In this document: positions 19,601-30,200 of the stretch, piece after piece | Layout of the letters: each line of letters opens with the position of its first letter | How positions within the stretch are numbered: the first letter of the stretch is position 1 | Source: Bacteroidaceae bacterium | GTDB taxonomy: Bacteria > Bacillota > Clostridia > TANB77 > CAG-508 | Direction of reading: 5' to 3' | NCBI GenBank assembly: GCA_963621875.1 | Contig: CAVFFR010000003.1 | Coordinates: forward strand, 405-64,404 | Length of the DNA stretch: 64,000 nucleotides | Made by a program: the position numbers and the translations under genes | The notes under the pieces: generated by a model | Told to the model about the DNA's origin: nothing | Database searches by the model: none | Seen by the model: the letters and a program-made list of their open reading frames with translations, nothing else

Positions 19601-22192
19601 GTGCTAGAAAGATCATTTGTAGGCGACAAAAAAGAAAATAAATTACAAGATATAACAATAAAATCAGATGAGCACTATATAGCAGAAGACCATATAACAC
19701 AAAAAAATGCTAATGGAAGTGGAAGTATTTACTCAAATGATGCAGAAAATAGCAAAAATGCTCCAAATGAATTTAAAAAGCTTTATGTAACAGGATTTGA
19801 AAACATATTATTAGACTCAGATGACAGCAAAGAAATGTATATATACTTAACATTTAGAGTAAATAAATCAGGACTAGATCAGAGTGCTAATAGTAATGGA
19901 TATGAGTACATTATATTAGATCAAAACATAATAACTAAAGAAGAATATGCAAGAGGAAAAGACAATGTAGTAGAAATAAATGGTTACAAAACATACTATG
20001 GAACACATACAAGCAACAATGGCAAAGGAGACTATGGAAAAGCAGCAGTTTCTCCAAATGGAGAATATGGCCCAAGCAACATAGCTGGTATAGTAGATAA
20101 AAACTCTAAACCAGGAAATGTTCTATATGAAGACGAAGTAGGAATAGGACTTAAAGCAGATGGAACAATTGTAGAAGAAAACTTCGAAAACGATACAGAT
20201 AATGCTCCAAGTATTAAGATACTACTACTAAGTGAAGATACAGTAAGAAAAATAGACGGAATAGTATGGGAAGATGGTAGAACAGAAACTGTTGAAAACT
20301 CTAAAATAGGAAATGGTAAAAAAGAAGAAACTGAGGAAGGAGTAAACAATGTAATAGTTCAATTAGTAGAGATTGTTGATGCAGATAGCACCACACTTGG
20401 ACGTGATTGCGAATATGTATGGAAAGAGATGAAATCTGGAGATACATCCTCTCAAGATCCTGTTGTAAACCTATATGACCTAATTAAACCAGACAATGTA
20501 ACTTCAGATGGACAGTATATGTTTAAAGGCTACATACCAGGTAACTATTATGTAAGATTCATATATGGAACTGATGACAAAACAACAGGAGAAACAGAAA
20601 ATTACCAAAAATATAATGGACAAGATTATAAATCGACAATATACAATCCGGGAGGATCATCATTTAGCTCAGAAAATCCAGATAACAATGAATCGTTCTT
20701 GTCGTTAGAATATTTAGATGAAAATGCAGAAACTACTTACTCATATGCAAGAGATACAATGACAACGCACACAACAGCAGATTATAAAAATAATTTCTTA
20801 AGAAGAGGAGATTACTATAAGAGCAAGTACCTAGAAGGAACAAATACACTTGTATATCCAAATGATACGCAGAACTATAACGGAAACACACTTATAGCAG
20901 GAACAAGAACATATGTCAATGAGTATAAAGATGGAAACATAGAAATGAAGAACGGTTTAGCTCAAGAGCTAAGCGATAAAACGCCAAATACATTTATAAT
21001 ATCAAAAACAGCAAGAATTAATGCAGAGGGTGAATATGACAGAACAGAAAGTGATATGCCAGATGGAATCTTGACAGAGTTAAGTACAGAAATGGGAGGA
21101 AAGAATACAGCAGGAAGTAACGATGATGGATATGGATACTATCGCATTCTTAACTTAAGTTTTGGACTACAAGAAAGACCAAAAGCACAATTAAAAGCAA
21201 CAAAGCAAGTAAGGCATGTAGAAGTAAAACTAAGTAACAACTCAATACTATTTGATGCAAAAGGAAGAGCTACAAATGTTCTATGGATAAACCACAAAGC
21301 CCATAAGCAAGATGAAAATAATACTTATACAGAAAATAACAACTATGATAATAAGTTTATGAAAGTACCCGAAATAAGAACATCTAAGGGGTTAATTGAA
21401 TTAACAATGGACGAAGAACAAATGCATGGAGCACAATTGAAGATAACTTACTTAATAACAATAGCAAATGTTGGTGAAGTAGACTATAAAGATAATCAAT
21501 TCTACTACTGCGGTGTAGAAAGCGATAAACAAAATAATATAGCAAAAACAAGACCAATGCAAATAGTAGATTATGTAGGATATCAGACTGTTAACGATGA
21601 CAAGACAACAAGAAACAACTTGAGATATATAGCATCAGATAATACAGGATGGACAGTAACAACAGCAGAGGAACTACATAGAGATGATTACAAGTTATTA
21701 AGTGACTATGCATATGAAGGAAATCCGGATAATGGAAACATGGGTGCAAACAAATATACAACAATAGTAACAACAGAATTTAATAATGAGTTAGTACCAG
21801 TACTTGTTGACAACGAAGCAACAAAGGTAAAAGACAAGATAACAGATTTATTCCAAACAGATGAGAATATAACCTGTAACTCAGTAGTAGCAAAAACATT
21901 AGTATTAACACAAACATTAACAGCAGATGATGGCGGAGACGACAAAACATACAACAACCTAATGGAAATTGTAAAAGTAAATAATACAGTTGGAAGAAGA
22001 ATGGGATACTCAGTAGTCGGAAATCAAAACCCAACAGAAGAACCAAAAGAGATAGACTCTGATGATTCACAACAAGTAAGAATAATGCCACCATTTGGAC
22101 AAAACTACATTTACTACATACTAGGAGGAGCGGTAGCAATTATACTAATAGCTGGTATAGCTATAACAATAAGAGTAACAAGAAAGAAGTAA
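16619..22192 (+). CDS. Giant surface protein (1,857 aa) with a possible thioester domain, Pro-rich linker, two SdrD-B-like domains and a C-terminal anchor
   Basis: GGAGGGAGG RBS. The signal/anchor is IKTLIALVIILASSLNFA. The linker is EEPTPPEPTSPEPTS. SdrD-B-like segments are GGTVWVDGKSGKES...MSGVTVKL..DGKGEYLFKEL and IDGIVWEDGRTETVEN...GVNNVIVQL...DGQYMFKGYIPGNYYV. The C-terminus is MPPFGQN, then a hydrophobic stretch, then RVTRKK. Confidence 0.85.
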   Translation: MSIKQSKITKFIKTLIALVIILASSLNFAKVVRATWSVESYMLTGTSLGVMPITDGTYWYFCKDRGKMLRTGTFDVKTYYADDFAIVEASGMRYMDECIESGLVPKAEKILNAQLSALQDNKGWSGDMVDNREEILSNTKYNVNKKVQIFTDGAKFEDIWQFLGERISNFILKDLDALEISKDYSDDIDADKPVEQEIKTVTVIEDKDGNRGYNESGEKTAINDANSYILNGTFFKDDVKRNWGYNEEDIQVAYWMNNDRTPYLYGPENLGLSEKAMKNGRKLYAEALAYQEWVNAGNADNYNTSMSKKDTQIFVNRRDGARNEDEYIIGPISISYPSAKTYEDATYSLPEQPHFSYIADLQITTDTGANLSYRNGDFQIYSERMGKCTGSTTYPDETVYPNTNYCPENGENFYIILNASKANYPKKLNIQANFEYVEKSEARYIDLTGDAVLYQYKKHGIDARDIGVTYKASRAWWQSIPHKHSGYTDSDGNYHSGYTTYENHSGTFTVEISFRVFQPFVNMYKEEEYKLGDLYDEKNEVDRLEAQPLIRLIYTIIGSPEEPTPPEPTSPEPTSNGSISQASTSIEIDLTMEMGGTVWVDGKSGKESALDGQYGTDSLGNPSATQGGTSDIPMSGVTVKLHQLDHTGAESIVDETKTDGKGEYLFKELNAQYQYYIEFVYNGQYYEPTKHKATNATDTNESRGLDFLSDKQSINSTYYNFEVDIEGRASFNVKFEEIASTPNNYKTKGGDYAEVFTRDYLRENGFIDEFGNPAGGAPQYVRDCLMSAFTMDDASGDKLEVKDGDKNPVQKTEDKRNIEFYPRDSRFVIDEMLNTINQKSLATDSQNVAISTYTPVYSEEYNIKEINQGYAERQESDVALSKDVYKVVQEINGKTETYKYNKREATQDADKCWTVETRIESQYYNKGYTREIYREDWIYQAEDTVITDLGGTLKDPKTELEIFVTYRVRIRNLSDSLGVRITEIVDYYDEDFTPVLERSFVGDKKENKLQDITIKSDEHYIAEDHITQKNANGSGSIYSNDAENSKNAPNEFKKLYVTGFENILLDSDDSKEMYIYLTFRVNKSGLDQSANSNGYEYIILDQNIITKEEYARGKDNVVEINGYKTYYGTHTSNNGKGDYGKAAVSPNGEYGPSNIAGIVDKNSKPGNVLYEDEVGIGLKADGTIVEENFENDTDNAPSIKILLLSEDTVRKIDGIVWEDGRTETVENSKIGNGKKEETEEGVNNVIVQLVEIVDADSTTLGRDCEYVWKEMKSGDTSSQDPVVNLYDLIKPDNVTSDGQYMFKGYIPGNYYVRFIYGTDDKTTGETENYQKYNGQDYKSTIYNPGGSSFSSENPDNNESFLSLEYLDENAETTYSYARDTMTTHTTADYKNNFLRRGDYYKSKYLEGTNTLVYPNDTQNYNGNTLIAGTRTYVNEYKDGNIEMKNGLAQELSDKTPNTFIISKTARINAEGEYDRTESDMPDGILTELSTEMGGKNTAGSNDDGYGYYRILNLSFGLQERPKAQLKATKQVRHVEVKLSNNSILFDAKGRATNVLWINHKAHKQDENNTYTENNNYDNKFMKVPEIRTSKGLIELTMDEEQMHGAQLKITYLITIANVGEVDYKDNQFYYCGVESDKQNNIAKTRPMQIVDYVGYQTVNDDKTTRNNLRYIASDNTGWTVTTAEELHRDDYKLLSDYAYEGNPDNGNMGANKYTTIVTTEFNNELVPVLVDNEATKVKDKITDLFQTDENITCNSVVAKTLVLTQTLTADDGGDDKTYNNLMEIVKVNNTVGRRMGYSVVGNQNPTEEPKEIDSDDSQQVRIMPPFGQNYIYYILGGAVAIILIAGIAITIRVTRKK

Positions 22193-22213
22193 TAAAATTA
22201 TTACTATAGATAG

Positions 22214-22244
22214 AAATAGAGGTGAAATTCACCTCTATTTTTTT
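22214..22244 (+). terminator. Rho-independent terminator of the giant-protein operon
   Basis: AAATAGAGGTG (22214-22224) pairs with CACCTCTATTT (22230-22240), followed by a T-run. Confidence 0.8.
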
Positions 22245-22630
22245 ACGCACTAAAATAATACAAAAATAATAAAACAGAAAAAACGATTTTTTAAAAAAAC
22301 AAAAAAATAACAAAAAATAAATAGAAGCCAAAACAAGAAAAAAGACGAAAAACCCCAGAATAAAGCTAAATAATCAAAAAAGATAATAAAAATAAACAAA
22401 GAAAAAATAAACAAAACCGAAAAAATGATTTTTAAAATAAATGTAATAAAATTGTAATATTTTTATTAATCAACATAAAAATATGTAACCGTAATTAGCT
22501 TGTATCAAGGCTTTTGAAAAGTAGATTAACAAAAAGCTGAAAAAATCAAGAAAATTTGCAAAAAATACCATTTGCTATAAGCCTTGATATTAGCGAACAA
22601 TAAAGAATAAATTACATAATAGGTACTTTT

Positions 22631-22659
22631 TTGACATTATAATGAGCATATTATAATAT
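22631..22659 (+). promoter_or_regulatory. SigmaA-type promoter upstream of nrdD
   Basis: TTGACA (22631-22636), a 17-nt spacer, then TAATAT (22654-22659). An overlapping TATAAT lies at 22652-22657. Confidence 0.5.
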
Positions 22660-22755
22660 CTAGTCACGATAACAAAAGAGACTTTATAACTAAAGTAATA
22701 TAAAAAGCGGTAGAAGTAAAGTTATAATAATAAACAAAATGGGGAGGAATAAACA

Positions 22756-24915
22756 ATGAAGATTATCAAGAGAGATGGAAATATAGTAGAATATAATCCA
22801 GAGAAGATAAAAACAGCCATCAAGAAAGCAAATGAGGAAGTATCAAGAAAGAATAGAGCAACAGAAAAAGAAATACAAGAAATAATTGAATATGTAGAAG
22901 ATTTAAGAAAAACAAGAATATTAGTAGAAGATATTCAAGACATTATTGAAGAAAAATTAATGTCTTTTGGCAAGTACGAATTAGCCAAAAAATATATTAC
23001 ATACCGTTATACAAGAGCTCTAGTAAGAAAAGCAAATACAACAGACCAATCTATTAAAGAATTAATAGAAGGTGAAAATGAATATTGGAATAACGAGAAT
23101 TCAAATAAAAATGCAAAAGTAGTTACAACACAAAGAGACTATTTAGCAGGAATAACGAGTACAGACATAACAAGAAGATTTTTATTACCTGAGGATGTTG
23201 TTAAAGCACATGATGAAGGAATTATACACTTTCATGACGCAGACTATTTTGCACAAAATGCACTTCACAATTGCGACTTAATAAACCTAGAGGATATGTT
23301 ACAAAATGGAACAAATATAAATGGTGTAATGATAGAAAAGCCTCATAGATTTTTAACAGCTATGACAATAGCAACACAAATAATAACAGCGGTAACATCT
23401 AGCCAATATGGTGGAGCAACTGTTACAATGACACACTTAGCCCCATTCGTAAGAGACAGTTATAACAAATATTTAAAGAAATATCAAGGAAGAAAATTAT
23501 CTAAAGAGCAATGTGAAAAATTTGCAAAAGAAGATTTGAAAAAAGAAATAGAAGATGGAGTACAAACATTCCAATATCAAATAAACTCAATGACTACAAC
23601 AAATGGACAATCTCCATTCTTAAGTGTTTGCTTCTATTTAGGGGAAACAGACGAATATAAAGAAGAATTAGCAGCAATTACAGAAGAATTCTTTAAACAA
23701 AGAATAGTAGGAATGAAAAATGAAAAAGGTGTTTATATAACACCAGCCTTCCCAAAATTACTATATGTTCTTGAAGAAGACAACATACACGAAAACAGCA
23801 AATATTGGTATTTAACAAAATTAGCTGCAAAATGTACTGCAAAAAGAATGGTTCCAGATTATATATCAGAAAAGAAAATGCTAGAACTCAAAAAAGACAA
23901 AAATGGAGATGGACAATGCTATCCTTGTATGGGATGTCGTTCTTTCTTAACACCATATGTAGACCCAGAAACAAACAAACCTAAATATTATGGAAGATTT
24001 AATCAGGGTGTTGTAACAATAAACTTAGTAGATGTAGCATTATCTTCTGGAAAGGATGTAGAAAACTTCTGGAAAGTATTTGAAGAAAGATTAGAATTGT
24101 GCCATAAAGCATTAAAGCTAAGACACGAAAGACTAGCAAAAGCTACTAGTGATGTAGCCCCTATATTATGGAGATATGGTGCACTTGCCAGACTTCCTAA
24201 AGGAGCAAGCATTCATCCATTATTACACGGCGGATATTCAACAATATCTCTTGGATACGCAGGATTATATGAGTGTGTAAAATATATGACAGGAGACAGC
24301 CATACAGACCACGGAAAAGGCGAAAAATTCGGACTAGAAGTAATGCAAAAACTAAATGATAAATGCAAAGAATGGAAAACAGCTGAAGATATAGATTATA
24401 GTGTATATGGAACACCAATAGAATCAACAACATACAAATTTGCTAAATGCCTACAAAAGAGATTTGGAAAAATAGAAGGAATAACAGACAAAATGTATAT
24501 AACAAACTCATATCATGTTCCTGTATTTGAAGAAATTGATGCTTTTTCTAAGCTAAAATTAGAAAGTGAATTCCAAAGATTAAGCCCAGGAGGAGCTATA
24601 TCTTATGTAGAGACTCCTAATCTACAAAACAACTTAGATGCAGTAATAGAAATTATTAAATTCATATATGACAATATTATGTATGCAGAGCTAAATACTA
24701 AATCTGATTACTGCCAAAAATGCGGATTTGATGGAGAAATTCAAATAGATGACAACTTAGAATGGTACTGCCCTAACTGTGGAAACAGAGATCATGCAAC
24801 ACTAAATGTAGCAAGAAGAACTTGTGGATACATTGGAAGCAATTTCTGGAATAAGGGAAGAACACAAGAAATAAAAGAAAGAGTATTACATGTAGATAAC
24901 AAAGATGATAAATAA
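22756..24915 (+). CDS. nrdD: Anaerobic ribonucleoside-triphosphate reductase (class III)
   Basis: N-terminal ATP-cone (MKIIKRDGNIVEYNPEKI). The C-terminal Zn site is CQKCGF...CPNCGN and the glycyl-radical motif is RRTCGYIGS. It is followed by its activase gene. Confidence 0.95.
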   Translation: MKIIKRDGNIVEYNPEKIKTAIKKANEEVSRKNRATEKEIQEIIEYVEDLRKTRILVEDIQDIIEEKLMSFGKYELAKKYITYRYTRALVRKANTTDQSIKELIEGENEYWNNENSNKNAKVVTTQRDYLAGITSTDITRRFLLPEDVVKAHDEGIIHFHDADYFAQNALHNCDLINLEDMLQNGTNINGVMIEKPHRFLTAMTIATQIITAVTSSQYGGATVTMTHLAPFVRDSYNKYLKKYQGRKLSKEQCEKFAKEDLKKEIEDGVQTFQYQINSMTTTNGQSPFLSVCFYLGETDEYKEELAAITEEFFKQRIVGMKNEKGVYITPAFPKLLYVLEEDNIHENSKYWYLTKLAAKCTAKRMVPDYISEKKMLELKKDKNGDGQCYPCMGCRSFLTPYVDPETNKPKYYGRFNQGVVTINLVDVALSSGKDVENFWKVFEERLELCHKALKLRHERLAKATSDVAPILWRYGALARLPKGASIHPLLHGGYSTISLGYAGLYECVKYMTGDSHTDHGKGEKFGLEVMQKLNDKCKEWKTAEDIDYSVYGTPIESTTYKFAKCLQKRFGKIEGITDKMYITNSYHVPVFEEIDAFSKLKLESEFQRLSPGGAISYVETPNLQNNLDAVIEIIKFIYDNIMYAELNTKSDYCQKCGFDGEIQIDDNLEWYCPNCGNRDHATLNVARRTCGYIGSNFWNKGRTQEIKERVLHVDNKDDK

Positions 24916-24949
24916 AATCAAAGATATAATTGAAAGAAGGAATTGCTAA

Positions 24950-25444
24950 ATGAGATACAATAAAATTAGAAAAATGGACATTGCAGATGGACCAGGAGTA
25001 AGAGTTTCTATATTTATGCAAGGATGCTGTTTTAACTGTAAAAATTGCTTTAACCCTGAAACGCACGACTTTGCGGGTGGCAAAGAATTTACAAAAGAAA
25101 CAATTAACAGAGTTTTAGAATTATGTGACAAAGACTATATAAAAGGCTTATCAATACTTGGTGGAGAGCCAATGCACCCAAAAAACATACAAGCAACAAC
25201 AGAACTTGCAAAATGTTTTAAAGAAAAATTCCCTGAGAAAAACTTATGGGTATGGTCAGGTTTTACCTTTGATAAAGATTTGAAGGATAAAGAAACTTTG
25301 AAATACATAGATGTTTTAGTAGATGGACAATATGTAGACGAATTACACAATCCAAAATTAGAATGGAGAGGCTCATCAAACCAAAGGGTTATAGATGTAC
25401 AGCAAAGTCTAAAAGCAAATAAAGTAATATTATTAAATGCTTAA
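24950..25444 (+). CDS. nrdG: Anaerobic ribonucleotide reductase activating protein (radical SAM)
   Basis: 164 aa. The Cx3Cx2C cluster motif lies in GCCFNCKNCFN. Other motifs are DGPGVRVSIFMQGC and LSILGGEP. The gene sits immediately downstream of nrdD. Confidence 0.92.
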   Translation: MRYNKIRKMDIADGPGVRVSIFMQGCCFNCKNCFNPETHDFAGGKEFTKETINRVLELCDKDYIKGLSILGGEPMHPKNIQATTELAKCFKEKFPEKNLWVWSGFTFDKDLKDKETLKYIDVLVDGQYVDELHNPKLEWRGSSNQRVIDVQQSLKANKVILLNA

Positions 25445-25450
25445 AAACAA

Positions 25451-25480
25451 GGTAGATGTAAAAAGCATCTACCTATTATT
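25451..25480 (+). terminator. Hairpin after nrdG (weak T-tract)
   Basis: GGTAGATG (25451-25458) pairs with CATCTACC (25466-25473), followed by TATTATT. Confidence 0.45.
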
Positions 25481-25500
25481 ATAATAAGGAGATTGCAGTG

Positions 25501-26742
25501 ATGAAATTAGAAAAAGAAGATATAGAAATATATAACTATATACAAGAAGAAAAACATAGACAAGAAAATAATGTAGAATTAATAGCATCAGAAAACTTTG
25601 TAAGTGAAGCTGTTTTAGAAACTATGGGATCAATATTAACAAATAAATATGCAGAGGGATATCCAGGGAAAAGGTATTATGGTGGATGCGAGTTTGTAGA
25701 CAAGATAGAAAGCACAGCAATAGAAAGAGCTAAGCAATTGTTTGGTGCAGAACATGCAAATGTTCAGCCACATAGTGGAAGCCAAGCAAATATGGCAATA
25801 TATATGGCAATGCTAAAACCAGGTGATACAGTAATGGGAATGAGCTTGGCAAATGGAGGGCATCTTACACACGGAAGCCCAGCAAGCTTTTCTGGAAAAC
25901 TATATAATATAATTTCGTATGGAATTGATAAAAATGGATATATAGACTACGAACAAGTAAGAAAATTAGCTAATGAAAGTAAGCCCAAAATGATAATTGC
26001 GGGAGCAAGTGCTTATCCGAGAAAAATAGATTTTAAAAAATTCAGAGAAATCGCAGATGAAGTAGGTGCATACTTAATGGTAGATATGGCACATATAGCA
26101 GGACTTGTTTGCACTGGTTATCACGAATCGCCTGTCCCATATGCTGATTTTGTAACATCAACAACACACAAAACCTTAAGAGGACCAAGAGGTGGACTAA
26201 TTTTGTGCAAAGAGAAATATGCAAAAGAAATAAATAAAACAATATTCCCAGGAATACAAGGTGGTCCACTAGAACATATAATTGCAGGAAAAGCAGTATG
26301 CTTTAAAGAAGCAATGCAGGAAGATTTTAAAGAATATATTGGGCAAGTAATAAAAAATTGTAAAGCATTAGCAGATGAACTAATAAAAAGAGGATATAAT
26401 TTGGTATCTGGTGGAACAGATAATCATTTAATGTTAATAGACCTAATAAATAAAGAAATGACTGGAAAAGAGGCGGAAAATCTGTTGCACGAAGTTAATA
26501 TAACAGTAAATAAAAATGCAGTTCCAAATGACCCACAAGGACCATTTATAACAAGTGGAATTCGTGTTGGAACAGCGGCTTGTACAACTAAAGGGTTAAA
26601 AGAAACAGATATGGTAAAATTAGCAGAAGCCATGGACTTAGTGCTTTGCAAAAATGTAAAAAAACTATCAGATGAAGAATTGGAAAATAATAAAAAGAAA
26701 GCAAAAGCAATAGTACAGGAGCTAACAAAAAAATATAAATAA
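25501..26742 (+). CDS. glyA: Serine hydroxymethyltransferase
   Basis: The PLP-lysine motif is [12 protein letters not shown]. Other motifs are [16 protein letters not shown] and a GGHLTHG loop. The ATG at 25501 lies one codon after the track GTG at 25498. Confidence 0.95.
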   Translation: MKLEKEDIEIYNYIQEEKHRQENNVELIASENFVSEAVLETMGSILTNKYAEGYPGKRYYGGCEFVDKIESTAIERAKQLFGAEHANVQPHSGSQANMAIYMAMLKPGDTVMGMSLANGGHLTHGSPASFSGKLYNIISYGIDKNGYIDYEQVRKLANESKPKMIIAGASAYPRKIDFKKFREIADEVGAYLMVDMAHIAGLVCTGYHESPVPYADFVTSTTHKTLRGPRGGLILCKEKYAKEINKTIFPGIQGGPLEHIIAGKAVCFKEAMQEDFKEYIGQVIKNCKALADELIKRGYNLVSGGTDNHLMLIDLINKEMTGKEAENLLHEVNITVNKNAVPNDPQGPFITSGIRVGTAACTTKGLKETDMVKLAEAMDLVLCKNVKKLSDEELENNKKKAKAIVQELTKKYK

Positions 26743-26879
26743 ATTTGAAAATAGGAGTTTTCTTGTTGAAAGCTCCTTAATATTATAGTTAAAAATATGT
26801 GAAATTGTACACGCAGATTATGCAAGAAAACTAATTGTACAACAAATTGCAAAAAAATGTAAAAAATCAATTTTTTCTA

Positions 26880-26909
26880 TTGACATAACTATAAAATTAA
26901 GTGTATAAT
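26880..26909 (+). promoter_or_regulatory. Candidate sigmaA promoter giving rpoB a leader of roughly 340 nt
   Basis: TTGACA (26880-26885), an 18-nt spacer, then TATAAT (26904-26909). Confidence 0.45.
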
Positions 26910-27035
26910 AAAAATATATGATATTATGGAACAATATCAACATAATTAGATTATTAATCTCCGAAGGGAAATAGTAAGGGTGGTTAATATAAAAACGATT
27001 AATTGTAATATAATTTAAATAAATACAAAAAGAAG

Positions 27036-27081
27036 TTGGCAAAGGTAATTGAGGTTTGCCAATGAATTTTTGTTGTCTTTT
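27036..27081 (+). promoter_or_regulatory. Terminator-like hairpin inside the rpoB leader (possible attenuator)
   Basis: TTGGCAAA (27036-27043) pairs with TTTGCCAA (27055-27062), followed by TGAATTTTTGTTGTCTTTTT. Confidence 0.35.
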
Positions 27082-27249
27082 TATCGCTATGTAAATTTAC
27101 AAAAAAGAGGAATTGTTTTTAAAAAGCTTACGGAAAAAGGAACTTAAAGGAGCAGTGAGTTTTATTATCCTAAAAGCATTAAAAACAAGAAGGACTTTTT
27201 TGAAAATCATATATATATTAATTCTGCTTTAATTTTTTATATGAGGTGA

Positions 27250-30200
27250 ATGACTTTGAAGCTAAAGGAAGTAAAACACGAAAAATGCACAAGAAAAACC
27301 TTTTCAAAAATAGGTGATTTTATCGAAATGCCAAACTTAATCCAAGTACAAAAAGATTCTTACAATTGGTTTATAGAAGAAGGCCTAGGAGAAGTATTAA
27401 GAGATATTTCGCCTATAGTAGACTATTCTGGAAACCTTGTATTAGAGTTTTTGGATTATCATATGGAAGAAACAACAAAGTACACAATGGAAGAAGCAAA
27501 AGAAAGAGATGCAACATATTCTTCAAGATTACATGTTAAGGTTAGATTAATTAACAAAGAAACTGGAGAAATTAAAGAGCAAGAAATCTATTTAGGAGAT
27601 TTCCCTTTAATGACAGACAGTGCAACATTTATTATCAATGGAGCAGAAAGAGTAATTGTAAGTCAATTAGTTCGTTCTCCATCTTGTTATTATGCACAAG
27701 ACTTTGACAAAGTGGGAAAGAAAATATACACATCAACAGTTATGCCTATCAGAGGAGCATGGCTAGAATATGAAACAGACGGAAATGATGTTTTTTATGT
27801 AAGAGTTGATAGAACAAGAAAACTACCTGTTACTTCATTATTAAGAAGTATAGGATTTGTTACTGATGAACAAATATTAGATCTATTTGGAAATGATCCA
27901 AAAATTAAAGCAACACTTGACAAAGATCCAATAAAGAAACAAGACGAAGCAATAATTGAAATATATAAGAAATTAAGACCAGGGGAACTTCCAACAGCTG
28001 ATGCTGCCAGAAACTTATTTGATGGTTTATTCTTCGATAACAGAAGATATGACTTAGCAAAAGTAGGAAGATATAAGTTTAACAAAAAATTAAGATTAGC
28101 AACAAGAATTACAGACCAAATTGCTTATGACGACATAATAAATCCAGAAACTGGAGAAGTTCTTGTAGAAAAAGGAAATAAAATTACTGCAGAGGTTGCA
28201 GAAGAAATACAAGATTCAGGAATTAACATTGTAGATGTAAATGTTAAAGACGAAAAAGTTAGAGTTATAGGAAATGGAATAGTAAATATTTACAAAATGT
28301 TGCCAAATGTAGACTTAAAAGATTTACACTTCAACGAAGGAGTTAACTATAATGTATTAAAGTCAATAATAGATACAACTCCAGAAGAAAAATTACATGA
28401 TGTAATAAAAGAAAGAAGAAGTGAACTAGTTCCTTTAACAATAACAACAGAGGACATGGTTGCATCAATAAGCTATTTACTAAACTTAGACTATGGAATT
28501 GGTAAAATAGATGACATAGACCACTTAGGAAATAGACGTATTAGATGTGTTGGCGAATTACTACAAAACCAATTTAGAATTGGTTTAACAAGATTAGAAA
28601 GAGTTGTTCGTGAAAGAATGACAATTCAAGATTTAGATGCAGTAACACCACAAACATTAATAAACACAAAACCAATAAGTTCTTCAATAAAAGAGTTCTT
28701 TGGAAGCTCACAATTATCACAATTTATGGATCAAACAAACCCATTATCAGAGCTTACTCATAAAAGAAGAATCTCAGCATTAGGACCTGGTGGTCTTTCA
28801 AGAGAAAGAGCTGGTTTCGAAGTTCGTGACATTCACTATACTCACTATGGTAGACTATGTCCAGTTGAATCACCAGAAGGACCAAACATTGGACTTATAT
28901 CAGCACTTTCATCATTTGCAATGATAGACGAATATGGTTTTGTTGAAACACCATATAGAAAAGTAGATAAAAAGACTGGAAAATTAACAGATATAGTAGA
29001 ATATATGCCAGCAGATGAGGAAGATAAATACATCATAGCGCAAGCTTCAGAGCCAATTGGCAAAGATGGAAAATTTGTAAATAAGAAAATAAAAGTTAGA
29101 CATAAAGAAGAAATAACAGAGGTTGATGCAAGTGAAGTTGATTATATTGATGTTTCACCAAAACAATTAGTTTCAGTTGCAGCAGCAATGATTCCTTTCC
29201 TAGAGCACGATGATGTTAAGCGTTCTCTAATGGGATCAAACATGCAAAGACAAGCAGTTCCTTTACTTATTCCAGAAGCTCCAATAGTAGGAACAGGAAT
29301 GGAATACAAGGCTGCTAGAGATTCAGAAATAACAGTAACAGCCATAAATGATGGTGTAGTAGAAAAAGTTACAGCAGATGAAATAACTGTTAGAAATAAA
29401 AAGAAAGAAGTAGATACATATAAACTTCGTAAGTTTAAAAGAACAAATGGAGGAACTTGTATCAACCAAAGACCAGTTGTTCAAAGAGGAGAAATAGTAA
29501 AAGCGGGAGATATTCTAGCTGATGGACCTTCTACACAAAATGGGGAAATGGCACTTGGAAGAAACGTTCTTATAGCTTTTTCGACTTGGGAAGGTTACAA
29601 CTACGAGGATGCTGTATTAATTTCTGAAAGATTAGTTAAAGAAGATGTATATACTTCAATTCATATAGAAGAATATGATTGCGAATGTCGTGATACAAAA
29701 TTAGGACCAGAGGAGATAACAAGAGACATTCCAAATGTTGGAGATGATGTGCTAAAAGACCTAGACGAAAATGGTATCATAAGAATAGGCGCAGAAGTAA
29801 GATCTGGAGATATTTTGGTTGGTAAAGTTACTCCAAAAGGAGAAACAGAGCTAACTGCAGAAGAAAGACTACTTCGTGCAATATTTGGAGAAAAATCTAG
29901 AGAAGTTAGGGATACATCACTTCGTGTGCCACACGGAGAAGCTGGAACAATAGTAGATATTAAAGTATTTACAAGAGAAAATTCAGAAGAACTAGCTCCT
30001 GGAGTAAACCAAGTAATTAGATGCTATATAGCAACAAAGAGAAAAATATCAGTTGGAGATAAAATGGCTGGTCGTCATGGTAACAAAGGTGTTATTTCAA
30101 GAATATTACCAGAAGAAGATATGCCATTCTTACCAGATGGAACACCAGTAGACATAGTTTTAAACCCAATGGGTATTCCTTCTCGTATGAACTTAGGACA

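Noticed and set aside
22620-22680. Possible NrdR boxes overlapping the nrdD promoter (AT-rich partial palindromes such as ATTATAATATCTAGT).
   Set aside because: They match the remembered 16-bp NrdR consensus (acaCwAtATaTwGtgt) only weakly. No clear tandem pair at the expected spacing was found, and I cannot distinguish them from background AT-richness by eye.
26424-27042. Minus-strand ORFs of 148 aa and 74 aa over the glyA 3' end and the rpoB leader.
   Set aside because: The first is antisense to glyA. The second is an AT-rich low-complexity ORF with no RBS. The region is better explained as promoter and leader for rpoB.
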